From positions 18,292 to 82,291 of the forward strand of contig JACQOE010000048.1 of NCBI GenBank assembly GCA_016202695.1: a DNA stretch of 64,000 bases, given 5' to 3'. Source of the stretch: Pseudomonadota bacterium. Its GTDB lineage: Bacteria > Pseudomonadota > Alphaproteobacteria > JACQOE01. This document shows positions 47,360-58,189 of the stretch, one piece after another. The notes under the pieces were generated by a model. That model did no database searches, was not told the origin of the DNA, and was given only the letters and a program-made list of their open reading frames with translations. Made by a program: the position numbers and the translations under genes. The stretch's first letter is position 1. Every line of letters begins with the position of its first letter.

Positions 47360-48270
47360 GCTTCGCTGCCGGGCTCCCAATAGGGCCGCGGGCCGAAGGC
47401 GGCGGCGAGGAAGTCGACGAACGCCCGAATCTTCGCCGACAGGTACCGGCCTTGCGGATAGACGGCGAAGATCCCGCGCGGCTCGGGCATGGCCTCGCGA
47501 AGAACCGCCTCGAGGGCGCCGGACTTCAGGTCGCGGCCGCAGATGAAGGTGGGGAGGAGCGCGAGGCCGAGTCCGCGCACGGCCGCCTCGCGCAGGACCT
47601 CGCCGTTGTTGGCGCGGAAGTTCCCGGCGATGCGCACCGTGAGCATCCTGCCGCCGACGCGGAACCGCCACTCGTCGCCCGAGGAGAAATAGGCATAGCC
47701 GAGGCAGTTGTGCGCCTTCAGGTCCTCGGGCCGGGCCGGGCGGCCGTGGCGCGCGAGGTAGGCGGGCGAGGCGCAGACCGCGGCGCGCGCCGGGGCGAGC
47801 CGGCGCGCGATCAGGCTCGAGTCGGCGAGCTGGCCGATGCGGACGGCAACGTCGTAGCCCTCCTCGACGAGGTCGACGTAGCGGTCGTTGAGGGCGAGGT
47901 CGACCCCTAGGGCGGGATAGCGGGCCATGAAGTCGGGGATGAGCGGGGTGACATGCAGCACCCCGAACGACATCGGCGCGTTCACCCGCAGGAGCCCCTT
48001 GGGCTGGGAATGGAGGTGGCTCACCGAAAGCTCGGCCTCCTCCACCTCGGCGAGGATGCGCTTGCACCGCTGGTAGTAGTCGCGTCCGGTCTCGGTGAGG
48101 CTCAGGCGACGGGTGGTGCGGTTGAGGAGCCGCACGTCGAGATGGTCCTCCAGCCGCTGGACGTGCTTGCTGACCGCCGACTTCGACATGCTGACCTGCG
48201 TCGCGGCGGCGGAGAAGCTTTCGGCCTCCACGACCCGCACGAAAAGCTGCATGCTGGCGAGCCTGTCCAC
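47356..48270 (-). CDS. LysR family transcriptional regulator (CrgA-like)
   Basis: SFSAAA...SKSAVSK...LE..L.VRLLNRTTRRLSLTE; DLVEEGYDVAVRIG; GGAGG before GTG 48270. Confidence 0.93.
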   Translation of the reverse strand: MDRLASMQLFVRVVEAESFSAAATQVSMSKSAVSKHVQRLEDHLDVRLLNRTTRRLSLTETGRDYYQRCKRILAEVEEAELSVSHLHSQPKGLLRVNAPMSFGVLHVTPLIPDFMARYPALGVDLALNDRYVDLVEEGYDVAVRIGQLADSSLIARRLAPARAAVCASPAYLARHGRPARPEDLKAHNCLGYAYFSSGDEWRFRVGGRMLTVRIAGNFRANNGEVLREAAVRGLGLALLPTFICGRDLKSGALEAVLREAMPEPRGIFAVYPQGRYLSAKIRAFVDFLAAAFGPRPYWEPGSEA

Positions 48271-48396
48271 GGGGACCTCCGTCAAGACAGTAGATAAATC
48301 GGAAACAATGTTGTTCCTATGGAGCAGATTGTCAAATCAAAAGCCGTCAATTAGCTTCCCCCTCGAGCAGTTGGACCGACCGAACGGAGGATCGTC

Positions 48397-48870
48397 ATGA
48401 GCGTGCAGACCCGCATCCCCAGTCTCGTCATTCCCGGGCTCGGGCGGTATTACGAGTCGCTCTCCGGCCTCGCCTGGCCGCTGGTGCGCGCGACCGCCGG
48501 CCTCCTTCTGGTGCCGCACGGGGCGCAGAAGCTCTTCGGCTGGTTCGGCGGCGGCGGCCTCGCCGGGACGGCGGCGTTCTTCTCCTCGAATCTGGGGCTG
48601 GAGCCGGGCCTCTTCTGGGCGCTCGTGGTCGCGATCACCGAGGTCTTCGGCGGCCTCGCCATCGCCGTCGGCTTCCTCACCCGGCCCGCCGCGCTCGCCG
48701 TCGTCGCACTGATGGCGGTCGCCGTGTTCGAGGTTCATCTCGGGGCCGGGTTCTTCTGGACCCAGGGCGGCTACGAGTACCCGCTGATGTGGGGGCTGAT
48801 CGCGCTCGCGATCCTGTTCCGGGGCGCCGGCCCGCACTCGGTGGACGAACGGCTCGGGCGCGAGATCTAA
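48397..48870 (+). CDS. DoxX family membrane protein
   Basis: HGAQKLFGWFGG, E.FGG, GFLTR.AA, GGYEY; divergent from LysR. Confidence 0.9.
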   Translation: MSVQTRIPSLVIPGLGRYYESLSGLAWPLVRATAGLLLVPHGAQKLFGWFGGGGLAGTAAFFSSNLGLEPGLFWALVVAITEVFGGLAIAVGFLTRPAALAVVALMAVAVFEVHLGAGFFWTQGGYEYPLMWGLIALAILFRGAGPHSVDERLGREI

Positions 48871-48916
48871 CGCTCCGGGGGAGGGCTCTCCTCGGGCCGC
48901 GACACGCCCCGAGGGG

Positions 48917-49678
48917 TCAGGCGGCGGTCCAGCCGCCGTCGACGAAGAGCAGGCTGCCGGTGGTGAAGGAGGAGTCGTCGGAGGCGAGGAAGAGGGCGGC
49001 CTTCGCCACCTCCTCGGGGCGGGCGAAGCGGCCCAGGGGATGGCGCCCCTCCCAGCGCCGCCGGCGCTCGGCCGCGTCGGGATGGCGGGCCAGCGAGCGG
49101 GCGATCATCGCCGTTTCGGTCGCCCCCGGCATCACGCAGTTGACGCGCACGCCGGCCGCCGCGTGGTCCACCGCCATCGCCCGGGTCAGGCTCACGATCG
49201 CGCCCTTGGAGGCGATGTAGGCGGCGTTGTTGCCGAGATTGTTCATCGCCAGCTGCGAGCCGACGGTGACGATCGCCCCGCGCCTCTCTGCGATCATCTG
49301 CCCCAGGACCGCCCGCGCCCAGAGGTAGGTTCCCTTGACGTTGACCGCGAAGGTGCGCTCCCAGGCGTCCTCGGCGATGGTCGGCACGGCGCCGCCGGGC
49401 GAGACCCCGGCCGAGGTCATCAGCACGTCGATGCGTCCCCAGGCGCCGAGGAGGTCGGCGACCGCGCGCCCGGCGGCGGCGGCGTCGGTGACGTCCGCCG
49501 GGTAGGTGCGCACGCCCCCGCCGGCGGCGCGAATCTCTCCCGCCACCCGGTCGAGCGCCTGTTCGTCCAGATCGACCAGGGCGAGGCGCGCGCCCTCGGC
49601 GGCGAACAGCCGCGCCGAGGCGGCGCCGATCCCCGAGCCCGCCCCGGTGACGATCGCGACCCGGCCTTCGAGCTTCAT
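48917..49678 (-). CDS. SDR family oxidoreductase
   Basis: TGAGSGIG, YIASK, VDGG. Confidence 0.92.
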   Translation of the reverse strand: MKLEGRVAIVTGAGSGIGAASARLFAAEGARLALVDLDEQALDRVAGEIRAAGGGVRTYPADVTDAAAAGRAVADLLGAWGRIDVLMTSAGVSPGGAVPTIAEDAWERTFAVNVKGTYLWARAVLGQMIAERRGAIVTVGSQLAMNNLGNNAAYIASKGAIVSLTRAMAVDHAAAGVRVNCVMPGATETAMIARSLARHPDAAERRRRWEGRHPLGRFARPEEVAKAALFLASDDSSFTTGSLLFVDGGWTAA

Positions 49679-49811
49679 CTCCTCGCCCTCCTTCCCGCTC
49701 CCCGGGCGCGGCCCGCCGCTTCCGCGCCCCGGCGATCCTGCTAGACTGGCGCCGATCGCACGCGAGCGCGGCTATAGCACCGGCCGGCGCCGAGGACCAG
49801 GGAGGATGGCG

Positions 49812-51194
49812 ATGAGCGATGAGCGCCTGAGGAGCGAGGAGGGGGTGCGGGCGCTCGCCGCCTGGGCGGCGGGCGTCGGCTTCGAGGACCTACCGGAGGC
49901 GGTGGTGCGTCGGACCGCGCTTCTCGTCGTCGACGACATCGCCGCCATGATCGCGGCCCGCGACGAGCCCGAGCTCCGCGCGCTGGTCGAACGCCTGCTC
50001 GCCGCCTCGGGGCCGGCCGAGGCGACGATCTTCCTCGGCGGGCGGCGGCGGGCCGACCGGGCGAGCGCGGCCCTGGCCAACGGCTTCGCCGCCACCTGGT
50101 GCGAGCTCGACGAGGGCAACCGGAGAAGCGTCTGCCACGGCGGGCTCTACGCCCTTCCGGCGGCGATCGCCGAGGCCGAGGCGACGGGGCTCCCGACCGC
50201 CGAGGTGCTGCGCGCGGTCGCGGTCGGCTACGAGGTGGCGGTGCGCTTCACCCGCGCCTTCCGCTTCCCCTCGCTCCCCGTCCACCCGCACGCGGCCTAC
50301 GGCGGGATCGGCGCCGCCGCCGCCGTCGCCGCGGCGCGGCGCCTCGACGCCAAGTCGTTCCTCGACGCGCTCACCAACGCCTCGGCGCTGGTCATCGCCG
50401 GGCCGTTCAACCATGTGGTCGAGGGGGCGATGATCGAGAACGCTTGGCCGGGGGTGGCGGCTTGGCTCGGGTTCAAGTGCGCCGACTGGGCCGCGTGCGG
50501 GCTCTCCGGGCTCCTCTCCTCGCCCTACGACACCTACGCGCGCGTGCTCGGCGCCGCGACCGAGCCGGAGCGGCTCGGCGAGGGGCTGGGGCGGGACTGG
50601 GCCGTCGCCGACGGCTACAACAAGCTCTACGGCTGCTGCGGCTTCGCCCTGCCGATCGTCGAGGCGGTGCTGCCGCTGGTGCGGGGGCTGCCCCCGCGGC
50701 GGACCGCGGCCGAGATCGAGGGCGTCGTCGTCGAGAGCCACCGGCTCGGCCTCGCCCTCAGCGAGCGGGCGCCGCGGACCACGCTCGGCGCGCGCTTCTC
50801 GCTCCCCCACATCGTCGCCGCGGCCTGCGTCTACGGCCACGCCGGCGGCGAGGCGTTCAGCCGCGCCAGCCTCGCCGACCCCGAGGTCGTGCGGCTCCGC
50901 GAGCGCGTCGAGCTCAGGCCCTTCGCGCCCGAGATGCCCTGGCCCAACGACCGGCCGGCGCGGGTCAGGCTCGTCTTCCGCGACGGCACCGCCGTGGTCG
51001 GCGAGTGCCTGAGCGCGCCGGGCGGGCCCGACAACCCCTATCCGGCCGAGGTGGTGCTGGAGAAGGCCCGCGGCCTCGCCGGCGCCGTCTACCCGGGCTA
51101 CGCCGGGGTGGCGGCGCGGCTGGTCGCCCTGGAGGAGGGGCTCGTCCGCCGGCCCTGGGCCGAGCTGGTGGGCGAGCTGGTCCGCCCCGCTTGA
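49812..51194 (+). CDS. MmgE/PrpD family protein
   Basis: AALANG, ELDEG, GYEV, K.Y.CC, A.FSLP; start moved to the ATG after GGAGG. Confidence 0.85.
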   Translation: MSDERLRSEEGVRALAAWAAGVGFEDLPEAVVRRTALLVVDDIAAMIAARDEPELRALVERLLAASGPAEATIFLGGRRRADRASAALANGFAATWCELDEGNRRSVCHGGLYALPAAIAEAEATGLPTAEVLRAVAVGYEVAVRFTRAFRFPSLPVHPHAAYGGIGAAAAVAAARRLDAKSFLDALTNASALVIAGPFNHVVEGAMIENAWPGVAAWLGFKCADWAACGLSGLLSSPYDTYARVLGAATEPERLGEGLGRDWAVADGYNKLYGCCGFALPIVEAVLPLVRGLPPRRTAAEIEGVVVESHRLGLALSERAPRTTLGARFSLPHIVAAACVYGHAGGEAFSRASLADPEVVRLRERVELRPFAPEMPWPNDRPARVRLVFRDGTAVVGECLSAPGGPDNPYPAEVVLEKARGLAGAVYPGYAGVAARLVALEEGLVRRPWAELVGELVRPA

Positions 51195-51363
51195 AGGCGC
51201 CGCCGGCCGGCCCCGCCGGCGCGGCCGAACGCCGCGCCGGGGCGGGGCTTTCGCCACCGGCGGCGGTCCTGCTACAACCCACGGGTCCGGCCGCGCCTCC
51301 GCCTCGCCTGTCCGGGCGAGGCGGCGCGGCCCTTGCGCCCCCACCGGCTGGAAGCCTGAGCCG

Positions 51364-52623
51364 ATGACCGCCGCGACCGAATCCCCACCGTTCGTGCCTT
51401 CGGCGCATCCCTACCGGTGGGCGATGTTGGCGGGGGTGTGGCTCATCTACTACTGCTTCGGACTGACCGTGGCGGCGATGGCGCCGCTCGTCCTGCCGAT
51501 CACCCGCGAGCTGGGCCTGAGCCATTCGGCCATGGGGGGCGTGCTCGGGGCCTGGCCGCTGGTCTACATCGCCTCGGCCGTTCCCTGCGGCGCCATGCTC
51601 GACCGCTTCGGGCTCCGCGTGTCGCTGTTCCTGGCCGCGTTGCTCATCGGTCTCTCGGGGCTCTTTCGCTCGCTCGCCGTCGACCATCTGAGCCTGTTTC
51701 TCGCGGTCGCGGTCTTCGGCCTCGGCGGGCCGCTGATCTCGGTCGGGGCGCCGAAACTCATCAGCCTGTGGTTCGACGGCAAGGAGCGGGGGCTGGCGAT
51801 GGGCATCTACATCTCCGGTCCGGCGCTCGGCAACATCACCTCGCTCTCGCTCACCAACAGCGTGATGATGCCGCTCCTCGGCGGAAACTGGCGGACCGTG
51901 CTCCTCTCCTACGCCGTCTTCGTGCTGGGGGCCGGCGCCGGCTGGCTCGTCCTCTCCGCCCATCCGGCGAGCCGCGCCGTCGAGCGGCGCGCCGCGGCCG
52001 AGCCCAGGCGGCCCCAGCTCCAGGTGTTCGCCGACCTGATCCGTGTGCCCTCGGTGCGGATCGTGCTGGTGATGAGCGTCGGCATGTTCTTCTTCAATCA
52101 CGGGCTCAACAACTGGCTCCCCGAGATTCTGCGGACCGGCGGCATGGACGCGATGGCGGCGGGATTCTGGGCGTCGATCCCGACCGCGGTCGGGGTCGCC
52201 GGGGCGCTGGTCATTCCGCGGCTGGCGGTGCCGTCGCGGCGGCTCGCGATCCTGTTCACCCTGTTCGCCTGCGCCGGGGGTGCGACGCTGCTGATCCACA
52301 GCCCCGCCGGGCCGCTGCTCGCGCTCGGCCTCACCCTGCAGGGGATCGCGCGAAGCTCGATGATGGCGGTCAGCGTGCTGGTGCTGATGGAGACGCGCGA
52401 GGTGGGCTCGCGCTACATGGGCGCCGCCGGGGGCATGTTCTTCTCCGCCGCCGAGATGGGCGGCGTGCTGGGGCCGCTCACCATCGGCATCCTCTACGAC
52501 CTGACCGGCGGCTTCGCCGCGGCGCTCAACCTGCTCACCGGGATTTGCGTCGCGCTGATGCTCCTCCTCTGGGTCCTCCGGCGCACCACCGCGCGCGCGA
52601 GTGCGCCGGTGGCCAATCCCTGA
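51364..52623 (+). CDS. MFS transporter
   Basis: About 12 TM segments; GAMLDRFGLR, WF..KERG.AMG. Confidence 0.9.
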   Translation: MTAATESPPFVPSAHPYRWAMLAGVWLIYYCFGLTVAAMAPLVLPITRELGLSHSAMGGVLGAWPLVYIASAVPCGAMLDRFGLRVSLFLAALLIGLSGLFRSLAVDHLSLFLAVAVFGLGGPLISVGAPKLISLWFDGKERGLAMGIYISGPALGNITSLSLTNSVMMPLLGGNWRTVLLSYAVFVLGAGAGWLVLSAHPASRAVERRAAAEPRRPQLQVFADLIRVPSVRIVLVMSVGMFFFNHGLNNWLPEILRTGGMDAMAAGFWASIPTAVGVAGALVIPRLAVPSRRLAILFTLFACAGGATLLIHSPAGPLLALGLTLQGIARSSMMAVSVLVLMETREVGSRYMGAAGGMFFSAAEMGGVLGPLTIGILYDLTGGFAAALNLLTGICVALMLLLWVLRRTTARASAPVANP

Positions 52624-52681
52624 GGGCGCGGGGCGCAGTGGCGGGACCGCCCGGACCGGCAGGGTCGTCCGCGAGGCGATC

Positions 52682-54016
52682 ATGACCGCCGTCGTCGAGG
52701 TGACCATCGAGGAGGTGGGGAGCCGCGGCGACGGCGTCGCCCGCCACCAGGGGGCGAAGCTGTTCGTGCCCTTCGCCGCCGCCGGCGATCGCGCGCGGGT
52801 GCGGATCGGCGCCAGGCGTGCCGACGGCTTCGCCGCCGCCCTGGTCGAGATCGTCTCCCCGGGGCCCGGGCGCGGCCGGCCGCCCTGCCGCCACTTCGGA
52901 GCCTGCGGCGGCTGCGCGCTGCAGCACCTCGACGAGGGCTCCTACGCGGCCTGGAAGCGGGGCCAGGTCATCGCCGCGCTCGCCCACCGGGGGCTCGACG
53001 CCGGGGCGGTCGCCGACCTGGTGCGGGCGCGTCCCTTGGCGCGCCGCCGGGCCCGGTTCGTCGCCGAGCGACGCGGCGGGCGGGTCGTCCTCGGCTTCAA
53101 CCGGCGCGCCAGCCACGAGGTGATCGAGTTGGGCGAGTGCCCGGTGCTGCTGCCCGGGCTGTTCGCGCTCGCCGGGCCGCTCGGCGCCGGCCTGGCGGCG
53201 GTGCTGCCGCCGGGCGGGCGGGCCGAGGTCGCCGTCAACCTCACCGAAAGCGGGGCCGATGCGGTGGTGATCGGGCGCGGGGCGCCGGGGCCGGGTGAGC
53301 GCGAGCGCCTCGCCCGCCTCGCCGAGGAGGCGGATCTCGCCCGGCTCTCCTGGCAGCGACGCGACGGCGGGCCGCCCGAGCCGATCGCCGTGCGCCGGCC
53401 CGTCCGGGTGGTGTTCGGCGGCGTTCCCGTCGAGCCGCCCCCGGGCGCCTTCCTGCAGGCGACGGCCGCGGCCGAGGGGGCGATGACGGCCGAGATCATG
53501 GCCGCGCTGGCCGGGGTTCGCGCCCCGGTCGCCGACCTCTTCGCCGGCTGCGGGACGTTCACGTTCCCGCTCGCCGCCGTCGCCCCGGTCGAGGCGGTCG
53601 AGGGCGACGCGGCGATGGTGGCGGCGATCCGCGCGGCGGCGGGCGCGGCGGGGCTCGCCGGGCGGGTGCGCGCGGCGGCCCGCGACCTCGACCGCGCCCC
53701 CCTCTCGCCCGCCGAGCTCGCGGCCTTCGGCGCGGTGGTGTTCGATCCGCCGCGAACCGGGGCCAGGCGGCAGGCGGCCGAGATCGCCGCCTCGCCGGTG
53801 CCGCTGGTCGTCGCCGTCTCGTGCCATCCCGGGACCTTCGCCCGCGACGCGCGCCTGCTGGTGGCCGGCGGCTATCGCCTCGATCGCGTGCTGCCCGTCG
53901 ACCAGTTCCTGTGGTCCCCGCACGTCGAGATCGTCGCCGTCTTCCGCCGGATTGCCCGGCTCCCCGCATCCGGCGGGCGGATCCGGGGGCGAAAAACGCC
54001 CTCGAAAGAACGGTGA
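52682..54016 (+). CDS. rlmD: 23S rRNA (uracil-C5)-methyltransferase, RlmD/TrmA family
   Basis: TRAM domain, CRHFGACGGC Fe-S motif, FLQA, DLFAGCG, DPPR.G, VSC, DQF.WS.HVE. Confidence 0.85.
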   Translation: MTAVVEVTIEEVGSRGDGVARHQGAKLFVPFAAAGDRARVRIGARRADGFAAALVEIVSPGPGRGRPPCRHFGACGGCALQHLDEGSYAAWKRGQVIAALAHRGLDAGAVADLVRARPLARRRARFVAERRGGRVVLGFNRRASHEVIELGECPVLLPGLFALAGPLGAGLAAVLPPGGRAEVAVNLTESGADAVVIGRGAPGPGERERLARLAEEADLARLSWQRRDGGPPEPIAVRRPVRVVFGGVPVEPPPGAFLQATAAAEGAMTAEIMAALAGVRAPVADLFAGCGTFTFPLAAVAPVEAVEGDAAMVAAIRAAAGAAGLAGRVRAAARDLDRAPLSPAELAAFGAVVFDPPRTGARRQAAEIAASPVPLVVAVSCHPGTFARDARLLVAGGYRLDRVLPVDQFLWSPHVEIVAVFRRIARLPASGGRIRGRKTPSKER

Positions 54017-54139
54017 AGATCGGTAATGCTGTCGCCTGCCGCCGGCGCTGGCGGAACGGGTGGCCAACGACGGGAGAAGGTTGCGAGCCGCGCCGGGCGG
54101 CGGCTGGGAGCGATGCGCACCCGGCCGGAGAGAGAGGAG

Positions 54140-56245
54140 ATGTCGCGCACCATCCGGGTCGGGATTGACGTCGGCGGAACCTTCACCGACCTCTACCTGT
54201 TCGAGGAGGGAAGCGGGACGGTCGTCCGGCACAAGCTTCCGTCCACGCCCGAGGACCCGCACCAGGCGCCGGTTCGCGGCCTGGTCGAGCTCCTGCGCAA
54301 GGCCGGGGCGAGGCCGGCCGAGGTCGGCTTCGTCGGCCTGGGGACGACGGTCGCCACCAACGCGCTCCTCGAACGCAAGGGCGCGCCGACCGGCCTGATC
54401 ACGACCAAGGGGTTCCGCGACCTCCTCGAGATCGGGCGCCAGAAGCGCCCCAGCGTCTACGATCCGTTCGCGCGCCGGCCGGACCCGCTGGTGAGGCGGG
54501 AGCTCCGTCTCGAGGTCGAGGAGCGGATCGGCGCCGACGGCACCGTCATCCGCGCCCTCGACGAGGAGGGTGTGGCGCGCGCCCTCGCCGCGCTCCTCGC
54601 CGCGAGCGTCGAGAGCGTCGCCATCTGCTTCCTCAACGCCTATGTCGAACCCGACCACGAGCGCCGGGCAGCGGCGATCGCGCGCGCGCGCTGGCCAGGC
54701 GGCCACGTCAGCGTCTCGCACGAGATTCTGCCCGAGTTCCGCGAGTACGAGCGGCTCAACTCGACCGTGGTCAACGCCTATCTGGCGCCCCGCATGCAAC
54801 GCTACCTCGCCGAGTTCGCCGACGAGGTCGCCGGGCTCGGCATCCCCGAGCCCCCGTTCGTGATGAATTCGGGGGGCGGGGTGGTCAGCCCCGCGCTCGC
54901 CGGCCGGCGGCCCATCGACTGCCTCCTCTCCGGCCCGAGCGGCGGGGTGAGCGGGGCCACCTTCCTGGCCGGGATGGTCGGGCTGAAGGACATCGTCGCC
55001 TTCGACATGGGCGGGACCAGCACCGACGTCTGCCTGGTGCGCGACGGGCGGCCGGAGGTCACGCACGCGCGAATGGTCGACGGCCTCCCGGTCCGGCTGA
55101 CCGCGCTCGACATCCACACCGTCGGCGCGGGCGGGAGCAGCGTCGCCTGGATCGACGCCGGCGGGCTCCTGCGGGTGGGGCCGCGGAGCGTCGGCGCCAA
55201 GCCGGGGCCGGCCTGCTACGGCACCGGCGGCGAGGAGGCGACCGTCACCGACGCCAACGTCGTCCTCGGCCGGCTGAACCCGAAGCATCTCCTCGGCGGG
55301 AGCCTGCCGATCGACGCCGGGCGCGCCTTCGCCGCCATCGAGCGCAATATCGCCCGCCGGAAGGGGCTGGACGTGCGCGAGGCGGCGGCGGCGATCCTCG
55401 CCGTCTCCAACACCAGCGTCGCCCAGGCCATCCGCTTCGTCTCGGTCGAGCGGGGGCTCGATCCCGCCGGCTTTGAGCTCGTCGCCTTCGGCGGCGCCGG
55501 CCCGCTGCACGCCGCGGCGGTGGCGCGCGAGCTGGGCATGTCGGTGCTCGTGCCCGAGAGCCCGGGCGTGCTCTGCGCGATGGGGGTCCTCACCAAGGAC
55601 ATCCAGATCGATCTCGGCCGCACGCGCCTCCTCAGGGCCTCGGCCGCGAACGCGCCGGGCGAGGTGGACGCGCTCTTCGCCGGGCTCGAGCGCGAGGCGC
55701 GCTCGGCGTTCGCGACCGGCGGGCTGGCCGGCGACGGCCTGGAGGTGGGCCGGACCGTCGATGCCCGTTATGCGGGGCAGAACTACGAGCTCTCGGCCCC
55801 GGTGCCGCCGGGGGCGCGGGGCGCCGGGGCGCTCGCCGCGGTGAAGGCGGCGTTCCATGCCGAGCACAGGCGCCTCTACGGCTACGACCGGCCCGAGGCC
55901 GAGGTCGAGCTGGTCACGTTCCGGCTCAAGGCGACGCTTCCGGTCAAGAACCCCGATGTCGGCCGCCGGCGCGACCGGCGGCGGGCGGGCGGGCCGGCGC
56001 CGGTCGGGCGGCGCCGGGTGTTTTTCGAGGAGGCGGGCGGGTTCGTCGACTGCCCGGTCTACGAGCGGGCCGACCTCGCGGTCGGCGACGCGCTCGCCGG
56101 TCCGGCCGTGGTCGAGCAGATGGACGCGACGACCGTGCTCCCGCCCGACTTCCGGGCCGAGGTCGATACCCTCCTCAATCTCCGCCTGACGCGCAGCGGG
56201 CCGGCGGCGGCGCCCGCGGTCGGGGCGGCGGAGGCCCGGGCGTGA
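54140..56245 (+). CDS. hydantoinase/oxoprolinase family subunit A (copy 4)
   Basis: GIDVGGTFTD, SGPSGG, DMGGTSTD, LDIHTVGAGGSS; GAGGAG RBS. Confidence 0.93.
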   Translation: MSRTIRVGIDVGGTFTDLYLFEEGSGTVVRHKLPSTPEDPHQAPVRGLVELLRKAGARPAEVGFVGLGTTVATNALLERKGAPTGLITTKGFRDLLEIGRQKRPSVYDPFARRPDPLVRRELRLEVEERIGADGTVIRALDEEGVARALAALLAASVESVAICFLNAYVEPDHERRAAAIARARWPGGHVSVSHEILPEFREYERLNSTVVNAYLAPRMQRYLAEFADEVAGLGIPEPPFVMNSGGGVVSPALAGRRPIDCLLSGPSGGVSGATFLAGMVGLKDIVAFDMGGTSTDVCLVRDGRPEVTHARMVDGLPVRLTALDIHTVGAGGSSVAWIDAGGLLRVGPRSVGAKPGPACYGTGGEEATVTDANVVLGRLNPKHLLGGSLPIDAGRAFAAIERNIARRKGLDVREAAAAILAVSNTSVAQAIRFVSVERGLDPAGFELVAFGGAGPLHAAAVARELGMSVLVPESPGVLCAMGVLTKDIQIDLGRTRLLRASAANAPGEVDALFAGLEREARSAFATGGLAGDGLEVGRTVDARYAGQNYELSAPVPPGARGAGALAAVKAAFHAEHRRLYGYDRPEAEVELVTFRLKATLPVKNPDVGRRRDRRRAGGPAPVGRRRVFFEEAGGFVDCPVYERADLAVGDALAGPAVVEQMDATTVLPPDFRAEVDTLLNLRLTRSGPAAAPAVGAAEARA

Positions 56246-57978
56246 GCTTCGCCCGCACCGAGATCGTCGCCAGCGGCCTCGAAGCGGTCGCCGCCGAGAT
56301 GTGCGCGAGCCTGGTGCGCACCGCCTATTCGCCGAACATCAAGGAGCGCGCCGACTGCTCGACCGCGCTCTGCGACGTCGCCGGCCGGACGCTCGCGCTC
56401 GCCACCCACAGCCCGGCCCATCTCGGCTCCACCCTCGGGCTCGTCCCCGCCATCCTCCAGCGCTTCCCGCTCGGGCGAATGCGGCCCGGCGACGTGTTCC
56501 TCGCCAACGATCCCTACATCGCCGGCGTCACCCACCTCAACGACTGCACGCTCGCCGCGCCGATCTTCGTCGGCGACGAGCCGGTCGGCTTCGCCGCCGC
56601 GGTCGCGCATCACTCCGACGTCGGCGGTCGCGTGCCGGGAAGCGAGTCGGGAGACTCGACCAGCCTCTTCCAGGAAGGGGTGCGCTTCCCGCCGGTCCAG
56701 CTCTACGCCGCCGGCGAGCGCCGAAACGACATCTGGGAGACGTTCCTCCTCAATTCGCGCACGCCCCACTTCGGCGAGGGCGACCTTCTGGCGCAGAAGG
56801 CCGCGATCACGCGAGGCATCGAGCGGATGGGCGGGATGTACGCGCGGTTCGGGACGGGGGCGATGGCCGAGGGCATCGCCGAGATGCTGGACGCGACCGA
56901 GCGGCGCACCCGCGCCGGCATCCGCGAGCGGCTGCGCCGGGGCACGTTCTCGGCCGAGGACTGGCTGGACGAGGACGGCCTCACGGACGACCCGGTGCGG
57001 CTGGCGGTCGCGGTGACGGTCGGGGACGGCGAGGTGGAGTTCGACTTCTCCGGCTCCGCGGCCGAGCTCGGCAGCGGCAAGAACGTGCCGATCACGCACA
57101 CCATGGCGACCATCTACTACTGCCTCAAGGCGATGGTCGACCCGGGGCTCTCGATCAACGAGGGGCTCTATCGGCCGATCAGGGTGAAGGCGCCCGAGGG
57201 CTCGGTCGTCAACCCCCGACCGCCGGCCGGGGTGAGCTCGCGCAACCTCACCTCGATGATCCTCGCCGACGTGATGATCGCCGCGCTCGGCCAGGCCGCG
57301 CCTGCCCGCTCGATGGCGGCGAGCGGCCCCTACCAGGGGATCATCCTGAGCGGGCGCGACCCCGCGAGGGGCCGCTATTTCGTCGACTACGAGAATTTCG
57401 CCGGCGGCCAGGGCGGGCTCTGCACGGGCGACGGCGCGGAGGTGATGCAGGTGCACATGACCAACACCTCGAACCTGCCGATCGAGGTGATGGAGATCGA
57501 GTTCCCGGTCCGGGTCGAGGCCTACGGGATGATCCCCGACTCGGGCGGCGCCGGGAGGTTCCGCGGCGGCCTGGGGGTCAGCCGCGATCTTCGCATCCTC
57601 GCCGACGGAACACTGCTCGCGGTCAGGAGCGCGCGCCAGAGGTTCGCGGCCCGGGGCAGCCGGGGCGGCAAGCCGGGAACGCTGGGCGCCTATGTCGTCA
57701 ACCCCGGCACGGCGGCGGAGCGGAAGCTGGCGTCGACGCTCTCCGAACATCCGCTGGCCAAGGGGGATCTCCTGCGGATCGTGACTCCGGGCGGGGGCGG
57801 CTACGGCGCGCCGGCCGCGCGCGAGCCCGAGGCGGTGCTTCGCGATCTCCGCGAAGGCAAGGTGAGCAAGGCGGCGGCGCGCACGCTCTACGCGGTCGCG
57901 CTCGCCCCCGGCGGCGAGGCCGTGGACGCCGGGGAAACCGCCCGGCTTCGCGCCGCCGCCGACGTGCCGAAGGAGTGA
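56242..57978 (+). CDS. hydantoinase B/oxoprolinase family subunit (copy 4)
   Basis: RTAYSPNIKE..D.S, NDPY...THLND, HHSDVGG..PGS, TPGGGGYG; GTGA overlap. Confidence 0.93.
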   Translation: MSFARTEIVASGLEAVAAEMCASLVRTAYSPNIKERADCSTALCDVAGRTLALATHSPAHLGSTLGLVPAILQRFPLGRMRPGDVFLANDPYIAGVTHLNDCTLAAPIFVGDEPVGFAAAVAHHSDVGGRVPGSESGDSTSLFQEGVRFPPVQLYAAGERRNDIWETFLLNSRTPHFGEGDLLAQKAAITRGIERMGGMYARFGTGAMAEGIAEMLDATERRTRAGIRERLRRGTFSAEDWLDEDGLTDDPVRLAVAVTVGDGEVEFDFSGSAAELGSGKNVPITHTMATIYYCLKAMVDPGLSINEGLYRPIRVKAPEGSVVNPRPPAGVSSRNLTSMILADVMIAALGQAAPARSMAASGPYQGIILSGRDPARGRYFVDYENFAGGQGGLCTGDGAEVMQVHMTNTSNLPIEVMEIEFPVRVEAYGMIPDSGGAGRFRGGLGVSRDLRILADGTLLAVRSARQRFAARGSRGGKPGTLGAYVVNPGTAAERKLASTLSEHPLAKGDLLRIVTPGGGGYGAPAAREPEAVLRDLREGKVSKAAARTLYAVALAPGGEAVDAGETARLRAAADVPKE

Positions 57979-58189
57979 GGCGTCGGGTCGCCCCGTTCCG
58001 CCGCCTTGCCCGCGTTGACGCACCGCGTGTTCCGTGAAATCCTTGCCGCGTTGGGAGGTCGTCGCTCGCGAGCGTTTCGTGCGCCGCTTCGCCCGTGCCC
58101 TTGCCCGCCGGATGGGCCGGGGGCACGGGGGCGGGGAGGGCGTGCGGGCGCGGCGATGAACGGCCTCGTCAGACAGGGAGGAAAGAACC

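Noticed and set aside
47356-48870. Divergent LysR-DoxX pair as a novel system
   Set aside because: A common arrangement; only the adjacent MITE is unusual
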